Source: a virus (Duplodnaviria > Caudoviricetes). Taken from it: a stretch of 34,165 bases of DNA. A program made the position numbers and the translations under genes. Of this stretch, positions 17,212 to 26,720 are shown piece by piece. A model generated the notes under the pieces. That model did not search any database, was not told the DNA's origin, and was given only the letters and a program-made list of their open reading frames with translations. The first letter of the stretch is position 1; every line of letters begins with the position of its first letter. The stretch covers positions 1-34,165 of the IMG/VR virus record IMGVR_UViG_3300031811_000003, one strand, 5' to 3'.

Positions 17212-18826
17212 TGTTCTGCTCTCCAAGTAATTTACGAACTAGCGAGGAAGGGTCGGTTAACATCTCCTCAGAAATCAGGCACACCGCTTCAATTAAATCT
17301 TCCGGCTTAGTGGAATCGGTCATTAGCAGTACTCGCTCACGCATGTCGCAGGCGTGGTCTGATAGTGCGTCTGTCCAACCTTCCACGTTAGCCAAAACCA
17401 TTATAGGTTCCAAGAATGACTGGGCGTACTCGCAGTAAGAATCGTAGAAGCTAACGACCCACTCGACGAAGCTAGGTCTATCTTTCGCGCCTTGAATCAA
17501 TCTACCGCGTTCCCATTTCAGCAGTGGGCCAACCCCTCTAGCGGTCAACGCGTTGACGGTTGCGCGGTTGCTTGCTTCGCTGTCGGCTTGACTGCCCACT
17601 GGGTCAATTGCTGGATTCTCGAAAACGTCGCCGCCCTCAACAGGGTTTAAACCAAGTTCCTCACGACCTTCATTTCTTGTCATTAGCCGGGAAGATATCG
17701 CCACCGAAAGAAGGTCCACCCGTTCCTTACGTGTGCCTTGCGTTAGTACAGACGGGTCGACCTTAACCACATACTTCCTCCCGCGTCTGTCCGACTCTCT
17801 AAACAGCTTTCGTTCTATCTCGTGTTTGATTCGGCTGGCGTGTCTCGATAGCGATGTGTTGAAGTATTCGCGCTGTTGCGCCTCAAGGTTCGCTTTTACT
17901 GATGAGTCTTTCATGTAACCGAGTTTGTAAGGTGGCAACATAAACAGACGCGCAACCTGAACTGGGTCTAGTTCTACCGCCGCTAACCATTGAGCATCTT
18001 CGTTACTCATCGTGGTTTGCTGCCACTCAAGTCCCTGCCACAGAACAGCAACGTTCCCAGTGTTCCCTGCTCCCTGGTGCTGTTGGTTCCACTCCTCTCT
18101 TAAGTTGTCTCTGGCCTCTTTCGAGACCTTCACGCCCTGCGGTGCTTTGATGACTCCTCCCGGCCTCGCTGAGTTGCGGAAAACAGAATTGCCGTGACGC
18201 ATTAAGGCCAGACCGTGACCTATAACGTTTTTGCAAGTCTCAACTGCGCTCATTCCCCAGAAACCATTTGCGCTAAGACCTCTAAGGTGAATTGTGTCAG
18301 ACGGATCAAAAGCAGTGAACTCCTGCCCGTCTCCAAGGCGGGATAGGATGACAAATTCATTCTGTCCGACCTTTTCGTACTTTGTCCGCTCAGGCAAGAG
18401 CGGGAGAAGTTCTATTTCGTTGCCCCGCCTGCGTATTGCAGATATGGCATTCCCCCAGCCGAGAGACCATCCAATCATGGTTTCCAGCCACACGTCGATA
18501 GTCTGAAAATCGTTTGGCTGTTGACTGATCGCCCAGTCGACCGGGTGGGTTGCGTCACGTGTGAATGATCCTCCTTCTCGACGATGTACGCCGAAATCAA
18601 GCTGACCTATATCGCCGGCCAATATGTTTATCGCTTGCCAAACTGGACCGTGACTCATAGAGGTGGCCGGATTTACGACTTCGCCACTGTCGGCAGGATT
18701 GGCCAGTACTCCCCACCTGATCCATTCCTCTGGGTTCTGTAGCGTCAGAGCTTGGTGGGATGAAACCTCAATCAAATCCATGCCAGCAACTGCGTCAACT
18801 TGAGTCGTGTATTCGTTTGTATTCAT
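17201..18826 (-). CDS. Portal protein, HK97 family, with C-terminal extension
   Basis: WGNA, IHLRG..G.WGMS, VARLFMLPPYKLG, MTRNEGREELGLNPVEGGD. Confidence 0.93.
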   Translation of the reverse strand: MNTNEYTTQVDAVAGMDLIEVSSHQALTLQNPEEWIRWGVLANPADSGEVVNPATSMSHGPVWQAINILAGDIGQLDFGVHRREGGSFTRDATHPVDWAISQQPNDFQTIDVWLETMIGWSLGWGNAISAIRRRGNEIELLPLLPERTKYEKVGQNEFVILSRLGDGQEFTAFDPSDTIHLRGLSANGFWGMSAVETCKNVIGHGLALMRHGNSVFRNSARPGGVIKAPQGVKVSKEARDNLREEWNQQHQGAGNTGNVAVLWQGLEWQQTTMSNEDAQWLAAVELDPVQVARLFMLPPYKLGYMKDSSVKANLEAQQREYFNTSLSRHASRIKHEIERKLFRESDRRGRKYVVKVDPSVLTQGTRKERVDLLSVAISSRLMTRNEGREELGLNPVEGGDVFENPAIDPVGSQADSEASNRATVNALTARGVGPLLKWERGRLIQGAKDRPSFVEWVVSFYDSYCEYAQSFLEPIMVLANVEGWTDALSDHACDMRERVLLMTDSTKPEDLIEAVCLISEEMLTDPSSLVRKLLGEQNNGK

Positions 18827-20487
18827 AACGTTAGCATTCCTGGCGTTTCGTAAACGCTCAACTCGCTCGATTCGTTTTCAATGGAGACACAAATAGCCAT
18901 GACTAAAGCCACAATTCCGTCAACGTGTTTACGTACACCGCCGTCGGTCTTAAGTGGTTTTATGTTGCCGTTACTGTCAGGCTTAACCGCAGTATTCGCA
19001 AGCATCCACTCAAGGACCGGGTCGTTGCTGTGGTCTAGATCCCCGGCGCAAACCAACTCCTCTAGCGCAACTGACGGCGAGTTTAGGGTCATGACTCCTT
19101 GCGCTAGTTCCTTTGGTGTTCGTCCCAGTTCGTCTCGCAAAAATTCTATACTGTCGCTCATCAAAGCACGGTCAAAGCCTATGTACTCCAAGTGCCGGAA
19201 CTTCTCGCAGTCTTCTGCGAATCGCTCGTGAACTTTCCTGCGTGGTATAGGTGAAGCGTCCGTGACCGTCACCCAGCCTTGCGCCGCCCAGTCCATTATA
19301 GGTATCTCGTACTGCCCGCTCAGTTGCTCGGCCCTTTCTCTTGGAACCCAGTAGTGCCCCCAACATTTCTTTATCTCTGGCTGATACAAAACCCAAGCTG
19401 TGAAGTCTGTAGTCCGAGATAAATCTAGACCTGCGAAAGTTTCCAGGTCTGGATCAAGGTGAGCGTCTGTACTTTTACATGCGTGCCAGTCGTGTATAGA
19501 TAGCCACTGACTAGTGCTTTGCTGCCAGATGTTCAAGCGGTACTTTTTGAAATCCGCGAAGTCGGCAAGTCGTGTCTTGCTCATTTCGTAGTCATGCAAA
19601 AACTCACCAGGCTTGACAGTGTGTCCCCATGACGGGTTAGCAAGTTTGCCGTACTTTTCTGGGTCTGCGTGTATAACCTCATCTTTGATATCTTGCGGAG
19701 CCGCAAAAATCATACATAGCGTTTGGTCGTCTTTCTGGTTTCCCGCTATTACTGATTCTGCATATTTAAAACGGCCCATGCCGTAACTCTCTGGCTCGTC
19801 TCCAGCCGTCGAGACTTCTACTTGCAGAGGCTGCGGTCTTGATATCCCTGCCCGACTCACTCGACGCATGTGCTGCTTATCGACAACGTGCGTCTCGTCC
19901 ACGAAGATAGAACCATTCAGACCCTCGGCGGCTTTCTGCGTCTGTACGTTTTCCGACGACAGCGGCAAGATCAACGACCTAGTAGGCTCGTGGAGCACTG
20001 ATCCGTCCACGCGATTGATTCGACATTCCTGCATCAGTGCTTCACTCTGGCGGATCATTTCGTGGATGTGCCGGCCTACGTTCTGTCGAACTTGCGTCCC
20101 ATTCTTTGCAGTTGGGAAACACTTCTGGCCGTGAACGTTGTCACCAGCGAACATATAAACGCACCAGGCTGCCAGAGTCGGGCTCTTTTTGTTTTTCTTT
20201 CCAGTCCAAATTGACGCGCGACGGAATCGCCTCACGTTTTTCCCCCAGTCTTCACTGTCTCGAACCCAGCCGAAAAGCCTCATCGTTGCGTCTAGTTGCC
20301 AATCTAGGCACTCGAACCGCTGACCTGCCGACTCGCCTTCGTAGAGCCGCAGGTAGTCCCTCAACCAGTCTACAACCCATTCGCCTCGCCGTTCGTCAAA
20401 CCAGCAGCCGTTCGATACTGCCAGTTCATCAGAGGCGTCGCGCATCCAACGCTTGGTTATCTTGTCGGGTGTCGCCGTGGTAATCAT
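18823..20487 (-). CDS. terL: Terminase large subunit
   Basis: Walker A-position GKKNKKS, Walker B IFVDETH, STAG, nuclease GLDLS, FDR and HVDGIVA; start is 20487 (ATGA coupling) or 20496. Confidence 0.93.
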   Translation of the reverse strand: MITTATPDKITKRWMRDASDELAVSNGCWFDERRGEWVVDWLRDYLRLYEGESAGQRFECLDWQLDATMRLFGWVRDSEDWGKNVRRFRRASIWTGKKNKKSPTLAAWCVYMFAGDNVHGQKCFPTAKNGTQVRQNVGRHIHEMIRQSEALMQECRINRVDGSVLHEPTRSLILPLSSENVQTQKAAEGLNGSIFVDETHVVDKQHMRRVSRAGISRPQPLQVEVSTAGDEPESYGMGRFKYAESVIAGNQKDDQTLCMIFAAPQDIKDEVIHADPEKYGKLANPSWGHTVKPGEFLHDYEMSKTRLADFADFKKYRLNIWQQSTSQWLSIHDWHACKSTDAHLDPDLETFAGLDLSRTTDFTAWVLYQPEIKKCWGHYWVPRERAEQLSGQYEIPIMDWAAQGWVTVTDASPIPRRKVHERFAEDCEKFRHLEYIGFDRALMSDSIEFLRDELGRTPKELAQGVMTLNSPSVALEELVCAGDLDHSNDPVLEWMLANTAVKPDSNGNIKPLKTDGGVRKHVDGIVALVMAICVSIENESSELSVYETPGMLTL

Positions 20488-20948
20488 CCCTGCCACCTTC
20501 TCACGCCCTCTTTTTGCCTGTCCATCGATAGCCCAGTTCTGCTACTTGGGGTCATGCCGAATTCTGCAAGCAGCGCCCTGATCGTCTTTCGTTCGCGCTC
20601 TAGAATCCCAGAGTGTGGCGAGAATTTTATGCTTGGGAGACCGTCGCCGTTTGTCTTTACCCAGCATGGGCCATACTTTGCGACTTGCTCGGCAGCGTCT
20701 CGGTACAATGCGTATGATGTGCAGAGAAGTTCTAATGCTGTAGCATCCAACGCTGTCCCAACCCCAGCACTCTCTAGTTCAGCGCCAAACATTTCCCACG
20801 CCTTCTTTGCCATGTCCGTCAAATGGTCTGGGCATTCTCCGAATCCATGCGCCGGCTGCGGTTCGTTCTTTGGCAACGCACGTTTGCCAGGATTCCCTCG
20901 CAGGATCTTAAGTTGAGTCGGTTGGGTTTTTTGGCCACGTCGTCCCAT
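20484..20948 (-). CDS. terS: Terminase small subunit, P27 family
   Basis: PTQLKILRGNPGKR and LLAEFGMTPSSR. Confidence 0.93.
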   Translation of the reverse strand: MGRRGQKTQPTQLKILRGNPGKRALPKNEPQPAHGFGECPDHLTDMAKKAWEMFGAELESAGVGTALDATALELLCTSYALYRDAAEQVAKYGPCWVKTNGDGLPSIKFSPHSGILERERKTIRALLAEFGMTPSSRTGLSMDRQKEGVRRWQG

Positions 20949-21049
20949 TACATCACCGCCTCTGGGTGCGTCCGCCAGTTACTAGGGTTCTCTAGCAGGT
21001 CTCCAGCCTTGACTTGCCTCAGCTCGGTGATTCGGTTTTTAATCGTCAT
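20948..21049 (-). pseudogene. 33-codon remnant of a ParB/Srx-like N-terminal domain
   Basis: Translated by hand as MTIKNRITELRQVKAGDLLENPSNWRTHPEAVM*; NPxNWRxHP is the N-terminal motif of phage ParB-like proteins; coupled to terS by TAATG. Confidence 0.65.
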
Positions 21050-21057
21050 CCTGCCCT

Positions 21058-21146
21058 AAGCCCTATGTCAAAATGTGCGGGAAAATGCGGAAGTGGGGGG
21101 CTACGGTCTACCTAACGGCCTTTTTTAGGCTTCACGCCCCCCCCCT
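21058..21146 (-). other. Candidate cos/packaging initiation region
   Basis: G-run..AAAAAA..AGACCG..CCCCCC..TTTTCCCGC arrangement between HNH and terS, where cos sites usually lie in HNH/P27-TerS phages. Confidence 0.45.
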
Positions 21147-21403
21147 AATTTCGTCTCCCTGCCCGTCTTTCTGTTGTGGCACTTAGCGCAAAGCGCCTGC
21201 CAGTTTCCAGTGTCCCAAAATAGATCGTAATCACCACGATGCGGCTCGATGTGATCGACGACGGTGGCAGGTTCCATCACTCCCCAAGACTTATGCGACT
21301 CACAGAATCTATGGTCAGTCAAGAAAACCAATCTAGCTTTCTGCCAGGCTCGACCGTATCCCCGACGCGCAGCACTTAGACTTTTTTTATGTATTGCTGC
21401 CAT
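21125..21403 (-). CDS. HNH endonuclease (HK97 gp74-like packaging cofactor)
   Basis: RGYGRAWQKAR, VDHIEPHRGD, NWQALCAKCHNRKT. Confidence 0.93.
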   Translation of the reverse strand: MAAIHKKSLSAARRGYGRAWQKARLVFLTDHRFCESHKSWGVMEPATVVDHIEPHRGDYDLFWDTGNWQALCAKCHNRKTGRETKLGGGREA

Positions 21404-21654
21404 CAGTTGTACAGGACCGTTATGTCAGTAGCACTCGTGCTTGTGCCTATCTTCAGCGTTTGCATCGTGACCACTGCGCCGGCAGCAAAGTTTCCTACTT
21501 GCTTCTCTGCTGCACCGCCTGCTTCAAACGCATACAGGGTGCCAGCGCCGCCGATGATGATTTGCTTGCACTCGGTGTCTAGTGTGGTATCTCCTGAGAT
21601 AGTCGCGTGAAAGCTCCACTTAGTCGCAGAGTGTACGTCTTTATTGACAGCCAT
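21403..21654 (-). CDS. Putative head-spike base protein (RcGTA Rcc01079-like)
   Basis: 83 aa with IIIGGAGTL..AAGAVVTMQTLKIGTSTSATDITVL, matching my recollection of that family's pattern. Confidence 0.55.
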   Translation of the reverse strand: MAVNKDVHSATKWSFHATISGDTTLDTECKQIIIGGAGTLYAFEAGGAAEKQVGNFAAGAVVTMQTLKIGTSTSATDITVLYN

Positions 21655-21655
21655 T

Positions 21656-23908
21656 CTAGAATCCCATGTTTAGTTGCATTGATAAACTTCGTTGGTTCGG
21701 TGGTCCCGTTGCGGTAGAGAACGACAATTCGTCACCGCGCACGTCTTTTGTTGGGTCGCTTTCGTCGCGCGGAACGACGACCCAAATTGGTGAAGAGTAT
21801 GAAGATCCGTGAGAGCTTCCGACCGAGTCGGATATTACCGATCCGACTCCGTCAGTAAGCGCGAAATCGGCATAGGGTGTTTCGCTAGGAAGTGTGCCAT
21901 CTGTACTTAGCGTGTCGGCATCGGCGTCGGAAATGTTCGTCCTCCATACCTTGATCTGTATGAGTTCGCCGGAGGTAAAATAAGCACCTCCCGTCCACGT
22001 CATCGCCCAGACGCCTGCGCTCGCGGTCACGATTGCGTTGTTTGCTCCAGGCACCAACCCTAGTGATCCATTTCTATAGATCGCAAAACTTCTGGTGCTA
22101 TTTTCCCACGTTGCCACCCAACGCACTCTATCGCCAGAAGTTGGGTGCGGTGCAGGCGGGTTGTAGTTCGTTATGGAACTCGCGTCGTCTTCAAAATCGT
22201 CATGTGTTACACGTTTTATCTCTGATATTCCAAATGCAGATCCTGAATTGTTTTCTGAGCGCGTGCCGAAAAGAACACCAGTAGTAGCCCCCTGCACGTA
22301 ATCGAAATAGAAAGACCAGTCGCCGGAGGATAGAAACGAATCTTTAATAGTGTCTGGGAAAGTCAAATAGTCGGCTACTCCGTCGAAAAATAAACTCGAC
22401 GAGTACCCAACCTCGTTTGCAAACGAAAACGGGACTGGCGATTCAAGGTCATTTGTTACGTCGGCAGCAGCCATGCCTCCATGATTTTCGTTTCCGCTAG
22501 AGTCGAAGGCGAGGATAGGGTGTGAGCTTTCTAGTTTCCAATGTCCAGCCGTTTCGAGTGCCGTGCTGCAAGTTTTATCTATGTCAGCAATGTCAGCGAT
22601 GTCGCCGGCTGATACAGTTCCTGTGTATAGCCGAACGTCGCGCAAATATCCGCCGAAATAAACCGAACCAGCACGACCAATATGTACGTTACTCGCGCTG
22701 AAACCAGTATCGGAATCCACAAAAACATGGTGCCATACGTTGGCGGCGAGTGTGCTTCCGGCAACACCGTCCACGTACCGCGTTAGCGTTGCACCGGAGA
22801 AGCCTGTCGCGGTAACTTGGTCGTCCACAAGGGTGATCGTGTCAGTGCCGTTCAGATCAAGAATCGCGTCGGTATGGGATACCACGACGGAGGCCTTAAT
22901 CCAGAATGATATGCCCTTAATTGAAGCAGATACATCTCCAACGTCGATGAATCCATCCGTGCCATTGAATTGTTTCGATATGCGATGCGTCTGTCGGCCT
23001 AGGATATAGTCGAAAGGCCCGATAGTGTCGTTCTTACGGGTGGCAAAATGATAATCTGTCGCTGGGGTCAGGCTCGCAGATCCAGTGATCGAGAACGCAT
23101 CGGTATCTGATTTTGTGCGCGAGAAATTACCGCCCGCAAAGTCAAGGAATACTCCGGTTGATGATTGGCTGGATGCGACAGAATCCTTCACGTTATGGTT
23201 TCCGTAGTTGGCTGTCGCATCCCCCGAAACGCAATTATATAGGCGAGTCACTCCGTTTGGTTGGTCTCGAAAATCATTACTGTTGCCCATAGATAGGCAA
23301 TTTTGGAAAATGTTAATCTGGGTTGCGTCATCTTCTGTACCGAACCCGTCCGCCCCATTGCTGAAACACCCGCAATTTGAGTAAGTCAGCGTGCATGAGG
23401 TAGCCTGGGGATGAAAGCCATGAGCGGCGTTATTGTCTGCGATGCAGTTATTAAGTGTGACCGTGGTCAAGTCTGATGCCGAACTTAATTTTAATCCGCT
23501 AGAGGGACTATTGCTAACTCGCACGCGATTTAGCAATAGGGTGCCACCACCAGATTTATAGTAAATGCCGATCCGATAAGACGTTTGCAGCGTGCCATCG
23601 GTCCAGATGTCATTAATCGTTACGTTAGTAATGTTGGTGTCATCGAATTCAAGAACATATTGAGCGCCACTGGATGAGGAGATTTTTCTTTGTGCGCCCT
23701 CCTCGCTGCTGACGATTTCTATTATGTTGTCTTCATCATCGGCCCAGTTGATGAACGACACATTGTCTTCTATGTCTGTAATCAAAATGGCTCGCTGTTC
23801 TCCACCGTCCGAGTCGTAGTTATTCTCCCAATCTTGGAGTGCTCCCACACTCGCTGCATAATCCGCGCCGGACCCGAGAGTGCCAACAGTAGATTCCGTG
23901 AATGCCAT
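21656..23908 (-). CDS. Virion adhesion protein: right-handed beta-helix plus two LamG/ConA-like domains
   Basis: Asn-rich parallel beta-helix repeats (NNCIADNN, SNCGCFSNGADG); FNGTDGFID..ISFWIK..WHHV..YFGGYLRDVRLY; second FFDGVADY..YRNG..IKVW domain. Confidence 0.8.
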   Translation of the reverse strand: MAFTESTVGTLGSGADYAASVGALQDWENNYDSDGGEQRAILITDIEDNVSFINWADDEDNIIEIVSSEEGAQRKISSSSGAQYVLEFDDTNITNVTINDIWTDGTLQTSYRIGIYYKSGGGTLLLNRVRVSNSPSSGLKLSSASDLTTVTLNNCIADNNAAHGFHPQATSCTLTYSNCGCFSNGADGFGTEDDATQINIFQNCLSMGNSNDFRDQPNGVTRLYNCVSGDATANYGNHNVKDSVASSQSSTGVFLDFAGGNFSRTKSDTDAFSITGSASLTPATDYHFATRKNDTIGPFDYILGRQTHRISKQFNGTDGFIDVGDVSASIKGISFWIKASVVVSHTDAILDLNGTDTITLVDDQVTATGFSGATLTRYVDGVAGSTLAANVWHHVFVDSDTGFSASNVHIGRAGSVYFGGYLRDVRLYTGTVSAGDIADIADIDKTCSTALETAGHWKLESSHPILAFDSSGNENHGGMAAADVTNDLESPVPFSFANEVGYSSSLFFDGVADYLTFPDTIKDSFLSSGDWSFYFDYVQGATTGVLFGTRSENNSGSAFGISEIKRVTHDDFEDDASSITNYNPPAPHPTSGDRVRWVATWENSTRSFAIYRNGSLGLVPGANNAIVTASAGVWAMTWTGGAYFTSGELIQIKVWRTNISDADADTLSTDGTLPSETPYADFALTDGVGSVISDSVGSSHGSSYSSPIWVVVPRDESDPTKDVRGDELSFSTATGPPNQRSLSMQLNMGF

Positions 23909-23921
23909 TTTTATCTGCCCC

Positions 23922-24308
23922 TTACGGTGCGGTTGATGGAATTGGATCGCCTACCGCTTGACGCTCTTTTATTAGTTCTGACCGCGTTTGCGTTTCCTCG
24001 ACAGGATCTACTGATTGGCTAGAGTTTCGCACTGCCGCCCTGGCGGCCTCTGATGTGAAAGCCGAATCGATATCAATCACGCCCCGAAATTTATGTACGA
24101 TGTTTTCAGAGTCGTCGAGAACTGGACCGATCAGAGGCAATAAGTCTGAGAGCGGTTCGTCCACGTGGACGTGAAAATTCCTTTGCAGCATCGTCTCACT
24201 CACCGGTAACCGACCCTCGTCATCTGGGCCGCTGTCAGTGTGAAATCCGTCGTCCTGACTGAGGGCGACGGTAGATCCGTTTACAATTGAACAGTGTATC
24301 CAGGTCAT
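23922..24308 (-). CDS. Hypothetical protein
   Basis: Tightly packed ORF in the operon; SD AAGGGG. Confidence 0.6.
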   Translation of the reverse strand: MTWIHCSIVNGSTVALSQDDGFHTDSGPDDEGRLPVSETMLQRNFHVHVDEPLSDLLPLIGPVLDDSENIVHKFRGVIDIDSAFTSEAARAAVRNSSQSVDPVEETQTRSELIKERQAVGDPIPSTAP

Positions 24309-24309
24309 G

Positions 24310-26328
24310 TTATATCATCCCCCTTCTATCTACCAAGTAACTGTTTACAACTTCTGTAGTGAATATAAATTCGCCAACTAGGACGGGGATATTAGCCTCG
24401 CCGGAATTGGATCGCACCGCCAAGCGGAAATCATAATTCTCTTGACCCGATGTGAAATCGCTTGTGGTCAGCTCGCCGCCGAATGTTTGCCAGTCCTCTG
24501 TAACATGAATGGCAATTCTATGGTCGGTGTATTTGTTTTCTGTTTCGTTATGTGTCGATAGACGCATCAGATGCACACCACCAGAGTTGGACTCTGCCAC
24601 CATGTCCACTTTCCATTTTATCGTCACCGAGGCTTTGGGACGCAGTCCGTTCAGTACCCATTCCCGACCTTTCCACGAAACGTATTTCAGCGTGACTCCC
24701 CACCTGCCGTCTTTCTGACGCATTTCTAGCTTGCGAACTTCCGCGTTCTTCGTGTCGCGCATCCCTTGCGAACAAGTACCGGCCCATCTTCTGCCGGGAA
24801 TCGAACTGGCTGGTGATTCGTAATATGGTGACACACTCTTGTCGTAATAGCCCATCCCGTGGTAGACCGCCAAAGGGTGGTCAGGACGGTGGAGGCGGTT
24901 GCCGCCTTCGATGAGAATCGCCGGGCCTGGTGGGCTTGTTTCGCCGGGTGTCCATCCGCATATAATTCCTTTATTGTCCGCCTGGTCGAGCGCGTTAAAT
25001 GTTGACCTAGCACCACTTAACAATGCCGGGCCAGACGACGGATAGACGGCCCAAAGTGGTAAGTTTTCGTAGTCACGATTTAGCGTTAGCTCGGGTGCGA
25101 TCAATGACACTTCGCCAGAGCCGAAAATAAACGGAATCCCGAAGTACCGACGTATCGAATTGCCAGACAGATCGCGGTTGTTGTAGCAGTAGCCGGAGGA
25201 ATTCATTATCTTCAGGCTGTTATCCGCCGCATTGATTTCGCTGATCCCGACAGTGTAGGAATTGCCATCACTCGATGTGAACGTGGCTGGCAGCAACGGC
25301 TCGAAATAGTCGCCAACATCGTAACCGTCACCGAATCCAGAGACGTAGATATATTCACTGCCTTCTTTCCACGTCCAGGTAAGGCCGGTGGTATTCCACT
25401 CGCCAAGATCGGCTTGTGCTGTGCTGTTCTCACACCGGATTCCGAATACTGATCCGGTGTCTAAATACGATTGACACGCGCTCGACCCCTCGCAATATAT
25501 CCCGTGCCACCTGCCAGGGACGGACGGACCACTTGCTCTGTAGTGCCGAACTCCCCACGCGCAAAAAGATGTGCGAATTCCTGACGCTTGGATCGAATCA
25601 CTGCCAAGTATGTCGACGCCTACCCGGTGACCACGAACCTTAACATTCTGTAGAACACAGTCGTAGGCTTTTGTTAGTCGTAGGCCGGTCGTGACCGGGC
25701 TTGTCTTTGCGATTCTCTTATCGTCCGCAGGACTTTCTGGGTCGAGGAATGGGAACTTGTGGGAAGCAACCTCGGAGCTGTACAGTTCGTTTGGCTTGGT
25801 CAGAATTACGTTGCTTATGAAAACGCCGACGCTGTTCTTTCCTCCTCGGGAGGTGTCAGACTCGTCCGATATTCTCAGCGAACTGCCAGCACCGTTGTTT
25901 TGTATTACTAGATCACGGAAGACAACCGGACCAAGTCGATTTCCTTTGGCTGTTTTCGTGTCGATATCGAAACACCAGTCTGTTTCATTCGGGTTGTCGA
26001 ATCTGAGGACTGTCCCAGCCTCTGCGAATCCGGCTGGGTTTTCATAGTGTTGGTGGCTGACTTCTGGTCTAATTCCTGTGATCGAAAAGCTGTACAGCGA
26101 CTTGAGCCGAGCGGCATCGATTGGAGAGGCGAAGTAGTAGACACCTCGCCCGAATGTAACATCTCTGTTTTCCTCCAGCGCAGCCAGCAGCGGTTCGCAA
26201 TTGTCGTGTGCCGGGTCGTCAGCCTTGCCGCCGAATCCCTCGATTCGGTAATCAGAGCCGGTGGTTCGGTCACGTCCGTTGACCGTTACCCTGTCGTCTG
26301 ATGTGATTGCTAGTTCAGTCGGCATCAA
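24310..26328 (-). CDS. Tailspike-like pectin-lyase-fold beta-helix protein with a possible C-terminal carbohydrate-binding domain
   Basis: FGGKADD..DN..L.AALE..VTFGRGVYYF (pectate_lyase_3-like start), GTVLRF, C-terminal VTEDWQTF. Confidence 0.72.
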   Translation of the reverse strand: MMPTELAITSDDRVTVNGRDRTTGSDYRIEGFGGKADDPAHDNCEPLLAALEENRDVTFGRGVYYFASPIDAARLKSLYSFSITGIRPEVSHQHYENPAGFAEAGTVLRFDNPNETDWCFDIDTKTAKGNRLGPVVFRDLVIQNNGAGSSLRISDESDTSRGGKNSVGVFISNVILTKPNELYSSEVASHKFPFLDPESPADDKRIAKTSPVTTGLRLTKAYDCVLQNVKVRGHRVGVDILGSDSIQASGIRTSFCAWGVRHYRASGPSVPGRWHGIYCEGSSACQSYLDTGSVFGIRCENSTAQADLGEWNTTGLTWTWKEGSEYIYVSGFGDGYDVGDYFEPLLPATFTSSDGNSYTVGISEINAADNSLKIMNSSGYCYNNRDLSGNSIRRYFGIPFIFGSGEVSLIAPELTLNRDYENLPLWAVYPSSGPALLSGARSTFNALDQADNKGIICGWTPGETSPPGPAILIEGGNRLHRPDHPLAVYHGMGYYDKSVSPYYESPASSIPGRRWAGTCSQGMRDTKNAEVRKLEMRQKDGRWGVTLKYVSWKGREWVLNGLRPKASVTIKWKVDMVAESNSGGVHLMRLSTHNETENKYTDHRIAIHVTEDWQTFGGELTTSDFTSGQENYDFRLAVRSNSGEANIPVLVGEFIFTTEVVNSYLVDRRGMI

Positions 26329-26708
26329 TACGTGATCGCCTCTTCAATCGTCACTGGACCGCCTGCGACAACAGCCCTTAAGTCGGAGCCGTCGATCAAT
26401 ACCACGTCGTAGGAAGGAAGATCACTTGGCGAGAACCAGTCGGAATCGGTGCTAGTGAGCGTTGCGGTCTGGACATCGGTCAGGCTGATCGTGAGGGTTC
26501 CGCTAGCAGCAACCAGAATCGCACCTGTAGCCGTTATGACATTGCCAGGCACGAACGAACTTCCTGAAGCATCGCGGATCTTACACTCGACCGTATACCC
26601 TGTAATGTCTACGGCGACTCCATCCTTCTTGACTGTTATGGTTTTTTGGAAGTCTGCATTACGAAACACTGTCAGCGGTTGGCTGTCTATAGGTGACGTA
26701 TTGAGCAT
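26325..26708 (-). CDS. BppU-N-like fibre adaptor protein
   Basis: VDITGYTVECKIR..GTLTISLTDVQTATL..YDV..GPVTI pattern. Confidence 0.65.
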   Translation of the reverse strand: MLNTSPIDSQPLTVFRNADFQKTITVKKDGVAVDITGYTVECKIRDASGSSFVPGNVITATGAILVAASGTLTISLTDVQTATLTSTDSDWFSPSDLPSYDVVLIDGSDLRAVVAGGPVTIEEAITY

Positions 26709-26720
26709 CGGGTGCCTCGC

